This document shows positions 47,348-55,964 of a stretch of 62,584 nucleotides of DNA, one piece after another. The notes beneath the pieces are model-generated. The model made no database searches, was not told the DNA's origin, and saw only the letters and a program-made list of their open reading frames with translations. The DNA comes from a virus. Its lineage: Duplodnaviria; Caudoviricetes. A program made the position numbers and the translations under genes. The stretch is from IMG/VR virus record IMGVR_UViG_3300013119_000806, positions 1-62,584 of that record, one strand, 5' to 3'. Position 1 is the stretch's first letter. Each line of letters begins with the position of its first letter.

Positions 47348-49159
47348 ATGACAGCCGAACCAAAGAGATATAGAAAGCTCGCATTTGACGATGGCACATC
47401 ATCGGAGTTGTTTAGTCAATATCATGGAGTCGCCGAGTTTGTGAAGACAGATAACAGGGTAACTATGTCCGTCGACGGAGAGGTCGAGGGTGAGTACACA
47501 GTAGAGAGGGCGTTGGCCGGAGGCGCAGGTGAGTTCTTGGAGTATTTCGCCCATCGACGAGATTTCACACATCGAGCCGGATTGAGCTGGGCAAATAAAG
47601 TTCAAAGATATGTTAGGACAATTCTTTCCGACACCCCCAGCCTGATTACGACACCGGGGGAGACAAGTCAGGCCGGATGGGATACGGGTACTTGGGTAGT
47701 AAAGGTCGACCAATTGGCCAAACAAGCAATTGACAGTGAGGACTATTCTGATGTTTGGAAACTGTTTCTGTATATGACGGAGAACAAATCTACCCACTCT
47801 GCTTTACAATTCGCTGTTCGTCTGGAAAAACAGCATATTTCTGAGGCAAACGAGAGACAAAGAGAGTCAGACGGTCCTCAGCTATACAACAGACCATACG
47901 AAGAGGCGATAGAGTATCTTATAGAGAACAACCCAGGGGATTACCCCGCGGATAGTGAGGAAGTTTCAAACGCCCTGATGCTCCTGCTGCGAGATTCCGA
48001 TCGCATCCTGTTGGTGACCAGAGACGGCAGCTCTGCCGATGAGCCCTCCGCAGGCGACGGCACAACATATCAACAATCCCGCACCTGGATAAAGACCCCG
48101 GTAGTCGACAACAACTGTGAGACTTTTGCCTCTCAGAGGGAGTCTGGTCCCCCGATGGCAACCTTAAACTACGATTATCTATCTACGCCACCAGGTCGCC
48201 CTAGCGATGTAAGCCCAGAAATCTGGCGTGATGATCACCGACGCTTCGGTGTTGAATATTCCCACGTTGAGTTGAGTGTGCCGATTTTCGATGCCGGACC
48301 AACAACCGCCCATTTGGAGGGGCTAGTTAATTCAATAAGGACATCTTATCCGTCGATGCTGGAGGGTACTGTTGAGTCTTTGTCTGGGTCATTGGTGACC
48401 GAGGTGTATAATCAAGTTAATTCCGACTGGATCGAGTTGGGTATAACGCCGAACGGCAGCGACTATATATTAGCCAAACGAGCCCTGGACTTCGCTAATA
48501 CCAGCGCACCAACAAATTCGAGCTATTTTGATCTGGGTTCACCTGGTCTAGACTCGGAAGAGGTCAGGCGAATTCTCGCAGACCAACCTGCGATTCTCGC
48601 AGACCAACCTGCGATGGAATGCCACAACTTCGCTAGTACCTTGAGACAGAACATCCAAGTCCGCGAGCTTGAACGAAGCATAAGATCAGCAACACGAGCT
48701 AGAAAAACAGACATAGAGATGGCACTAGACGAGATAATGGGAAACCCCGCCCCCGCCGAGCCTTTATTTTATGAAGTCGAACGCCATGGTGGACCAGAGA
48801 AACCAAGAGTGGGAATACCCTCAGATGATTTTCCTCATCTATTGTTACCTCGTCCTGGGGGTAACCCTCTCTACTACAAAAATTCTACCACAGAAAGTAA
48901 TTTTACCTTTGTTGATAGTTTTATAGAATACGGAGAAGAATACAATTATAATGTGTATGCCTATGCTTCTCGGCGGATATCACACTATAAATTGGTCGAA
49001 ATCCCCTCAAAGTATGTTGGATATTTCACATCAGAGCCTCAACAGGTATCTACTAGGCGATATTATTTGATGGCTTACGAAACAACAGATACGATGGATC
49101 TATTGCGCCTACCCTACATACATGGTGACTTACGACCGACCAGAAGGGAGATGATCTAG
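47348..49159 (+). CDS. hypothetical virion protein
   Basis: C-terminal FTFVDSFIEYGEEYNYNVYA resembles a fibronectin-III-like strand. Confidence 0.65.
   Translation: MTAEPKRYRKLAFDDGTSSELFSQYHGVAEFVKTDNRVTMSVDGEVEGEYTVERALAGGAGEFLEYFAHRRDFTHRAGLSWANKVQRYVRTILSDTPSLITTPGETSQAGWDTGTWVVKVDQLAKQAIDSEDYSDVWKLFLYMTENKSTHSALQFAVRLEKQHISEANERQRESDGPQLYNRPYEEAIEYLIENNPGDYPADSEEVSNALMLLLRDSDRILLVTRDGSSADEPSAGDGTTYQQSRTWIKTPVVDNNCETFASQRESGPPMATLNYDYLSTPPGRPSDVSPEIWRDDHRRFGVEYSHVELSVPIFDAGPTTAHLEGLVNSIRTSYPSMLEGTVESLSGSLVTEVYNQVNSDWIELGITPNGSDYILAKRALDFANTSAPTNSSYFDLGSPGLDSEEVRRILADQPAILADQPAMECHNFASTLRQNIQVRELERSIRSATRARKTDIEMALDEIMGNPAPAEPLFYEVERHGGPEKPRVGIPSDDFPHLLLPRPGGNPLYYKNSTTESNFTFVDSFIEYGEEYNYNVYAYASRRISHYKLVEIPSKYVGYFTSEPQQVSTRRYYLMAYETTDTMDLLRLPYIHGDLRPTRREMI
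48572..48613 (+). repeat. exact in-frame 21-bp tandem duplication (ILADQPA x2)
   Basis: ATTCTCGCAGACCAACCTGCG twice. Confidence 0.95.
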
Positions 49160-50103
49160 TGGCAAGCAGAGGCACAAACGAACAAGGTTCGAACCGGGAG
49201 ATGATGAGCCAGCAACTCACCGAGGCTCGTCGTCTCTTGGTAGCATCTCATATCAATCCGCTAGGAGCATCATTCCCTCCTGTCCGAGTATTCGACAGCC
49301 CTCCTATTCCGCCGGAGGTCACCATCGTCCCGCTACGAGATGACCCCACAAAGTTGATGATAATGCTTCAACAGGCGACAGATAAAATTGTCCTCCCATA
49401 TGTCGCCCTGACAACGGGTGAACAAAGAGACTTCGAAAGGATAAGAGACCAGCAGCGTCATAAATGCGACCTCCTTTGTGCTCCAAACACCATAGAGTTC
49501 AAATCAGAGGGCAACGATGTCTTAGAATGGGAAGTATTCCGAACCACCTCCATGCCAGCCCGAGCGTTCGAAAAGCAACCCCAAATCTGCGGCAACGAAA
49601 AAGAAGATTGTATAATAAGAGAGAACTTCGCAGATGATTATAGACGAACATTTGGAAGCCAGCCATACAGAATAGTGGAAACATCAATGGCCTCAGCACT
49701 CACTGACACCATAGAGCCAAACAAGAAGTACTATTACATGTTCAGGACGAGAGACAGACACGGACATATCTCAAACCCTTCTGTGGTATTTCAGGTCGAA
49801 ATGGTGAAGGATGGCGAAATGTTCTTTCCTATCATAAAAACCTATGAATCAGATCCGGACAAACCTAGACGCTCCAGGGAGTTTGCGAAGACGATAGATA
49901 TACGTCTGCCTCGTTTGTCGTCACAGCCTCAATGGGCTGATGGAGTGTGGAAGACAGGAGCAAGGACCGAGAATGCCTACGGAAAGAGTTTCCTTGTGAG
50001 GGTGATATCAAAAGATACGGGACGCTCATTTGATATTGAGGTAGAGCCAAAATACCTATCAAGAGAGGTTGAATACGGCGTAGATAGTTTAGAAGAAGAG
50101 TGA
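49159..50103 (+). CDS. hypothetical virion protein, FN3-like motif
   Basis: WEVFR...DTIEPNKKYYYMFR..D.HG.ISNPS; start codon uncertain. Confidence 0.65.
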   Translation: MASRGTNEQGSNREMMSQQLTEARRLLVASHINPLGASFPPVRVFDSPPIPPEVTIVPLRDDPTKLMIMLQQATDKIVLPYVALTTGEQRDFERIRDQQRHKCDLLCAPNTIEFKSEGNDVLEWEVFRTTSMPARAFEKQPQICGNEKEDCIIRENFADDYRRTFGSQPYRIVETSMASALTDTIEPNKKYYYMFRTRDRHGHISNPSVVFQVEMVKDGEMFFPIIKTYESDPDKPRRSREFAKTIDIRLPRLSSQPQWADGVWKTGARTENAYGKSFLVRVISKDTGRSFDIEVEPKYLSREVEYGVDSLEEE

Positions 50104-50162
50104 ATATAGACATTTTGAAACGAGGCACTATTTAGTAAGAGCTTCAATGGAGAGAATAAACG

Positions 50163-51155
50163 ATGGCTTTTTTAGATAACAGCGGAGATATAATCCTCGA
50201 CGCAGTATTGACCGATACTGGCAGGATGTTGCTTGCGCGGGGCGACGGCTCCTTTCGCATTACGAAATATGCGTTCGGCGACGACGAGATCAACTATGAG
50301 TTGTTTTCTGGCAGTCATGCCAGCGGCTCTGCATACTATGACCTTGACATCTTACAGACTCCAATCTTGGAGGCGTTTACTAGCAACACTTCTTCTATGA
50401 AGTCTAAACTCATAACTCTCTCCAATAACCGCTTGAGTTTGTTGCCTGTGATAAAACTGAATACTAATAACGGCAGAATGCCACTACAAGCATTCAGCAC
50501 GATCACACCCACCACCGCCTCCGACGGGTCTTATTGGATACTTGCGGATGCTAATACAGCCGGGACCGACTTTGATCCTATTGCTGGCAAGGTCAATCAC
50601 GGATATTCCGGTACTGGTACAAACATCCCTGCCAACAGGTACAAGAACGCCGGTTTCAACCCTTTCTTCCGCCTTGATCAGGGGCTAAATTCCGCCCAAG
50701 AGGGAACAACCCCCTTGGTTCAGGGGAATGACCTGTTTGAGACTCAATACTTAGTCGAGATGGATAATCGATTCCTAGAGTTGGTCGGACCCACCGACAC
50801 AGCCACCCTCGCTCCCAAGTCATTTGTTGACGACGACAATATCGCCAGTTATTTCCTAGCGATGCAAGGGGGCACCTCACCCTTCATCAACTCCATCGGC
50901 GAAGACGCCGACGACGTCCTCACTGGACGCCCAGGGAGCAAGTTCGAATTTCGCCTCAAAGTCACGCAGGACATCGAAAACAGCACTGGTGCCGCAAACT
51001 ACCTATTTCAAACCTTTGGTAATGCCATCGCCCACGCCACCGTGAGCGGCTCCGGCGACGACCACCACACTATTGACACAATGGTCCGAGTCACTGGTTT
51101 CACTACTGGGTATCGTGTCGATATTCCAATCAAAATAATCAAGAAGGACGCATAA
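50163..51155 (+). CDS. virion structural protein (tail/baseplate)
   Basis: MAFLDNSG.IILDAVLTD.GR.LLA...FRITK.AFGDDEINY; GGAG SD; CTATTTA upstream. Confidence 0.7.
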   Translation: MAFLDNSGDIILDAVLTDTGRMLLARGDGSFRITKYAFGDDEINYELFSGSHASGSAYYDLDILQTPILEAFTSNTSSMKSKLITLSNNRLSLLPVIKLNTNNGRMPLQAFSTITPTTASDGSYWILADANTAGTDFDPIAGKVNHGYSGTGTNIPANRYKNAGFNPFFRLDQGLNSAQEGTTPLVQGNDLFETQYLVEMDNRFLELVGPTDTATLAPKSFVDDDNIASYFLAMQGGTSPFINSIGEDADDVLTGRPGSKFEFRLKVTQDIENSTGAANYLFQTFGNAIAHATVSGSGDDHHTIDTMVRVTGFTTGYRVDIPIKIIKKDA

Positions 51156-51158
51156 CCA

Positions 51159-52241
51159 ATGGCTACCACATTTAAACGCCTTTTGCCCGAAGACATCATC
51201 CAAGCGAGAAATGTTCTCCATGAGTCAATCCCGATCACAGGCTCCATTGTTTCAGGAACATATGTAAGTGCTGGTGTTGAAACGAATATCAAGGACTACG
51301 CCCATGGTATGTTCCAATCGGTGTATGATTACCCGTACTTATCTTCCTCAGCTAATCACATCTTCGATATTACGCTCGGCATCTCCAAGTTAGCCGGTCA
51401 TGTCTCGTCTTACGGGACTAGTGTAGAGGGTACACAAAAGAACAACATTTATGCTCAAATGGCACAGACGCTCTGCGGCCACAAGTCCGACGGCTCGATC
51501 CGCCCCTTTGACCAGGACGGCGATCTTTCTGGCGGCGACAAGTTCATAGAGACGTACTTTATCAACCTGTCGCGCCTATTAGTGAAGGATGAGATTAAGA
51601 AGGGAACCTTTTCGTTGGAACTTGGTGCCACACAGGACGATACAACCCCAAACACCACTTCAGTATTTATCAAGGACACTGGAGCATCAAGTGCTTACAA
51701 GGTCAACTCTCCAGCCGGCGAGTATGGGATTTTAAAGCTAACAACAGGGAACGGGTCACCTACACTAGGTTCTGTTGGAGCTGACGGACCAATAGGTATC
51801 ATCTATTATCAAGCCGGTGTTGTAGTTTTGGATGCTAACGTCTTTGGGTCCGCAGGATTAGATACAGTGGCGCATATGGATAACGATGCTTCACCAGGAG
51901 TTGCTGATCGTTTCGACACAGCCACTATAGCTACCAACGCAGATAACCTTCGCAACCGCATCATAAACATCTCGTTCAACAACACAACAGAATTAAACTC
52001 AACCGTATATTTCTGCCGAGCCAACGCCAACGAGTTCAATTACAGTAGCAACCCAACCTATCTTGATGGAAGTCAAATACGCACCCGCCCCGCAGGTTCA
52101 GACACAGAGCCATCGGCATACATCACGACCGTAGGTCTCTATGGTGCAAACAACGAATTGTTGGCTGTTGCGAAGTTGTCAGAGCCTCTCAAGAAATCAC
52201 CATCCAACGAGTTGACTCTTCGTACACGACTAGATTTCTAG
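51159..52241 (+). CDS. virion structural protein (tail collar/fibre-attachment-like)
   Basis: EFNYSSNPTY...YITTVGLY...ELLAVAKLS.P.KK. Confidence 0.7.
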   Translation: MATTFKRLLPEDIIQARNVLHESIPITGSIVSGTYVSAGVETNIKDYAHGMFQSVYDYPYLSSSANHIFDITLGISKLAGHVSSYGTSVEGTQKNNIYAQMAQTLCGHKSDGSIRPFDQDGDLSGGDKFIETYFINLSRLLVKDEIKKGTFSLELGATQDDTTPNTTSVFIKDTGASSAYKVNSPAGEYGILKLTTGNGSPTLGSVGADGPIGIIYYQAGVVVLDANVFGSAGLDTVAHMDNDASPGVADRFDTATIATNADNLRNRIINISFNNTTELNSTVYFCRANANEFNYSSNPTYLDGSQIRTRPAGSDTEPSAYITTVGLYGANNELLAVAKLSEPLKKSPSNELTLRTRLDF

Positions 52242-52259
52242 TTCCACAGGAGGAAACAG

Positions 52260-53396
52260 GTGTCTTACCTCCATAGGTTCCGATCAGACGATATATTCGT
52301 AAATGAGATAGAGACTCATCCTCACTTTTCGGTGACGATGAGTAATGGCTCGATGTATCTAAACAACCGCACCAATGACGGTGAAAACATAGTGGATGGC
52401 ACAGTCAATCTCTATGAGTTGAATGTCAATCGTGGCGCTGGCGTTGAAAAGATATTTCCATTTGTGTATAAAGATGCTACACTTACAGGGATGAACACCA
52501 CATCACCAGAAGACTTCGAAGCCGCCTCTTATGGTGATGTAATAACGGGCTCGTATCCGTTGTCGGCATCAGTGAGTCGAGAGAGCTTTGTCACAACGGT
52601 CGCAGGGCTCGAAACAGCCCAGAGGCGACATCTCATCTCACTCAAAAACACCTTGAATTACTACAAGTTTATGTCCCCCAGTTACGAGTATGACAACTAT
52701 GCCGCCGAGGCGGTCTCACTAGTCAGCATACCCAGCATAATGTTCGGTTCGGGGATAAAGCGAGGCAGCCTCGCCCTTCGCATGTACCATACGGGCACTC
52801 TTGTGGCAGAAGCCACCGATTATCGAAGAAACGGAGAACTGGTATCCACGATGGGCGACACCAGTGGTTCAATAATCGGCGTCGCTCTCTACAACGAGGG
52901 CTTCCTTGTCTTGAATTCGACAGACACGCTCACAGCAACAACCGATGCCTTCGCTGGTGGAGGTCAAGACTTCTACCGCTGGATACATTATGGGGCATAT
53001 AATGTCGGCGGACCAGGCGCAATGGCATCAGCCTCCGTGTTTACATTAGACTTCGAAGGCACCCATCGCATACCGACTTTGACTATGTTTGCGAAGGCGA
53101 GAGAGGGCGAGCTAAACAACTCACAAAACCCAACATTCCTAACTCACGGGCAGTCCCCATACGCATCGGCCCCTTCTGGCTCAACGGGGTTCAGCGAGTC
53201 AGATAAGTTGGCAATCAAAAACACGATCAAGTCCCCATTCGACGGACATGAGGCAGACTTCAAGAAGCAGACCTTCATCTCCGAGGTCGGCATTTATGAC
53301 GACGAGCGCAACCTCATCGCCGTAGCTAAAGTGGCAAACCCTGTCCGCAAGGTCGAAGACAACTCCTTCACGTTCAAGATCAGGATGGATTTATGA
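52260..53396 (+). CDS. virion structural protein, paralogue of previous gene
   Basis: NNSQNPTF...FISEVGIYDD..NLIAVAKVANP.RK. Confidence 0.7.
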   Translation: MSYLHRFRSDDIFVNEIETHPHFSVTMSNGSMYLNNRTNDGENIVDGTVNLYELNVNRGAGVEKIFPFVYKDATLTGMNTTSPEDFEAASYGDVITGSYPLSASVSRESFVTTVAGLETAQRRHLISLKNTLNYYKFMSPSYEYDNYAAEAVSLVSIPSIMFGSGIKRGSLALRMYHTGTLVAEATDYRRNGELVSTMGDTSGSIIGVALYNEGFLVLNSTDTLTATTDAFAGGGQDFYRWIHYGAYNVGGPGAMASASVFTLDFEGTHRIPTLTMFAKAREGELNNSQNPTFLTHGQSPYASAPSGSTGFSESDKLAIKNTIKSPFDGHEADFKKQTFISEVGIYDDERNLIAVAKVANPVRKVEDNSFTFKIRMDL

Positions 53397-53971
53397 TAAT
53401 CGGTTTAGATATTTCAACCTCATGTGTCGGCATCGCCCTTGTAGATCCCGAAACAAAGAACCTAGTAAGTACCGAAGCAATAGACCTCACCAAAATAGAC
53501 AGCGTATTTGAGAAAGCCGAGCGAGTAGGGTCAGCCCTTTGGGAGATCAGCCAAAGCAACGACATTACGGACATCTTCATCGAGACGGCTCTCAAGCGCT
53601 TTATTCCGGGTCGTTCCCGAGCAGACACCATCGTCAAACTAGCCAAGTTCAATGGCGTCATCTCGTTCCTCGCCTTCGATTCGTTTGGCGTAGAGCCCAC
53701 CTACCTCAACGTCAATGCTGCTCGCTCCTACTATGGTCTGTCCTTCCCCCGAGGCACCAAAGGTCCGGCAAGAAAGAAAATGGTTATAGAAGCGGTAATA
53801 GAGAGAGAAAAGACAGCATTCAAGTGGGAAATGGCTCGTGGCGGAAAGAACTACAAGAGAACGACAGATGACAGGGCAGACGCAGTCGTAATAGCGAGAG
53901 CAGGCGAGTACATCCTCAGGAATGCAGACAACGAAGGCTTTTTGACCGAAAAGATAATCTTGACCGAGTAG
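53393..53971 (+). CDS. RuvC-like Holliday junction resolvase
   Basis: IIGLDIS..CVG, IFIE and D.ADA catalytic pattern. Confidence 0.85.
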   Translation: MIIGLDISTSCVGIALVDPETKNLVSTEAIDLTKIDSVFEKAERVGSALWEISQSNDITDIFIETALKRFIPGRSRADTIVKLAKFNGVISFLAFDSFGVEPTYLNVNAARSYYGLSFPRGTKGPARKKMVIEAVIEREKTAFKWEMARGGKNYKRTTDDRADAVVIARAGEYILRNADNEGFLTEKIILTE

Positions 53972-54007
53972 GGCACTATTTAGTAGAGCACCACAGGAGC
54001 ATCACAA

Positions 54008-54988
54008 ATGAAAATCACAAAAACCAGAATGAGACAGATAATCAAGGAAGAGGTGGAGCGTCGCCGCAACTGCCTCACGACGCTCAGCGAAGTAGCTATA
54101 AGTGAGTTGCCAGATGAACTACAAGACGTCGAGAAAGAGGTGATCACACTTTACAAGAAGTTGGTGGGTTGGTCGAAAAAGACAGCCCAAGGTGTTGAGG
54201 ATAAAGAAGCCAAAATGACCTTGATGAAGGTCCCAATTGCTATCAAGATCGCCGCCCAGAACATCGCCAAAATAGCAAAGACAGATAACGAGGCACTTTT
54301 AGCAGCGCTGGGTTCCGATGAGGGGGTAGATACGAACTCTGTCTCTGAGGACGATCTGGAACCAACAGAGAATCCAGAGGAGGCACCCAAGCCAAACTCT
54401 GGTGATGAAAACATCAAAGCAAGAGAGTTAGAGGCAGGAGACACCTACCAATATACATCCAAGAAGGGGAACAATTCTGTTGTCAAGGTCGAAGATCCGA
54501 ATAATGATGTCGGCGCAGTGGTGTTACAGAAGGTCAACCCAGAAAAGGGATGCAAGCCCGCAGGTCAGAAGTTCGCAACCAACCCAGAGACCTTTGCATC
54601 AGCCATCGACGACGAAGTCGAAAATTGCGAAATACCAAAACCAGAAGCAAAGCAAGCCCAACGCCATGGCGGTGGGAAGTCCCGAGGGAAACAAGTCTCG
54701 CCCAACGCCGCCAAGAAGCGCAAAGCAAAACAGAAGCAACAGAAGGTTAGTCGCAAGAAGAACCGCCCAGGCAACCGACAAGATGACTTAGGTATTTCGG
54801 AGACACTCGAAGCCCTAATCCGCCAAGCCATAGACGAAGAGGTCGCTAGTGACCTAGAAGAGTGTGGCATGTGCTCTACCTGTGGCGACCCAAGTCACGA
54901 TCACACCCATGACGCCCAGGGCATCCGCATCACTATAGGCACCGAGGACGACGAAGAATACGAAATCGACCCAGGTTCCCTCATTTAA
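54008..54988 (+). CDS. putative head-internal protein
   Basis: MKITKTRMRQIIKEE N-terminus, Lys/Arg-rich tract and C-terminal Cys/His cluster; late motif upstream. Confidence 0.65.
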   Translation: MKITKTRMRQIIKEEVERRRNCLTTLSEVAISELPDELQDVEKEVITLYKKLVGWSKKTAQGVEDKEAKMTLMKVPIAIKIAAQNIAKIAKTDNEALLAALGSDEGVDTNSVSEDDLEPTENPEEAPKPNSGDENIKARELEAGDTYQYTSKKGNNSVVKVEDPNNDVGAVVLQKVNPEKGCKPAGQKFATNPETFASAIDDEVENCEIPKPEAKQAQRHGGGKSRGKQVSPNAAKKRKAKQKQQKVSRKKNRPGNRQDDLGISETLEALIRQAIDEEVASDLEECGMCSTCGDPSHDHTHDAQGIRITIGTEDDEEYEIDPGSLI

Positions 54989-54991
54989 AGC

Positions 54992-55020
54992 TTGACAGAT
55001 AGACAAAACCCCTGTATTAT
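54992..55020 (+). promoter_or_regulatory. sigma70-type promoter of primase-SbcCD operon
   Basis: TTGACA-17 nt-TATTAT; ATG follows after a 6-nt gap. Confidence 0.75.
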
Positions 55021-55026
55021 GGGGCT

Positions 55027-55956
55027 ATGCTAGAACACAAAAAGCGACAAGTCATCAATAGCGTCCTAGGTTCTGCTCATCGAGTAGGGCAGGAACATCT
55101 CTACGCTTCCAGGTGTTGCGGTCACCACAAGCCCAAGCTCTCCATCAACTTTGAGAAGGGTCTCGCCAAGTGTTGGGCGTGCGACTGGGCGACAAAAGAC
55201 CTCGGTCGCATCGTATCCCGTTGGGGACGCCCATCTCACAAAGACACATGGGCTCAATTCACAGGCTTATCCGACGGAGGCTCCCTAGACGACCTTTTTC
55301 GGGAAGAAGAAAAAGAACTACAAAGGGTAGAGCTACCGGAGGAGTTCAAGACCCTCACGGGACGCCCAAGCATCTACGACAGAGCCCCAAGAGACTACCT
55401 AGCCAAAAGAGGTCTAACAGAAGAGGACATCCTCAAATTCCGCATAGGTTATTGTAGTTCGGGGGAGTACGAAGGACGCATCATCCTACCCTCGTTCAGT
55501 ATAGACGGCTATTGTAACTTCTTCACTTCACGCACCTACGGACGGGACTGGCCTCCCTACAAGAACGGACCCGGAGGCAAGGACATCATCTACAACGATC
55601 TAACGATTGACTGGGCGAAACCAATCACACTTACAGAGGGGGTATTTGACGCTGTTGTCGCAGGGGAGAACGCAGTCCCCATCCTGGGCTCAACTCTCCG
55701 TAAAGACGGCATTTTATTCTCTAAACTCGTCTCTAAGGGTTCTATCGTTTATCTCGCTCTTGATCCCGATGCTGACAAGAAGGCTTTACAGATAGCCAAA
55801 GATCTGTTAGAATACGGAGTAGAGATTTACAAGATCGACGTAAACCCTTACAAGGACATCGGCGAAATGACAAAAGAAGAGTTCGCCACCAGAAAAAACG
55901 AAGCCCAGCCAATCACGGCAGACGGCTTCTTACTAACTGCCGCTTTACGGGCATAA
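55027..55956 (+). CDS. DNA primase (zinc finger plus TOPRIM, gp61/DnaG-like)
   Basis: CC.H...CWAC zinc-binding domain; YLAKRG, RIILP, EGVFDA, LDPDA and KDIGE motifs. Confidence 0.9.
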   Translation: MLEHKKRQVINSVLGSAHRVGQEHLYASRCCGHHKPKLSINFEKGLAKCWACDWATKDLGRIVSRWGRPSHKDTWAQFTGLSDGGSLDDLFREEEKELQRVELPEEFKTLTGRPSIYDRAPRDYLAKRGLTEEDILKFRIGYCSSGEYEGRIILPSFSIDGYCNFFTSRTYGRDWPPYKNGPGGKDIIYNDLTIDWAKPITLTEGVFDAVVAGENAVPILGSTLRKDGILFSKLVSKGSIVYLALDPDADKKALQIAKDLLEYGVEIYKIDVNPYKDIGEMTKEEFATRKNEAQPITADGFLLTAALRA

Positions 55957-55964
55957 GGAAATAA

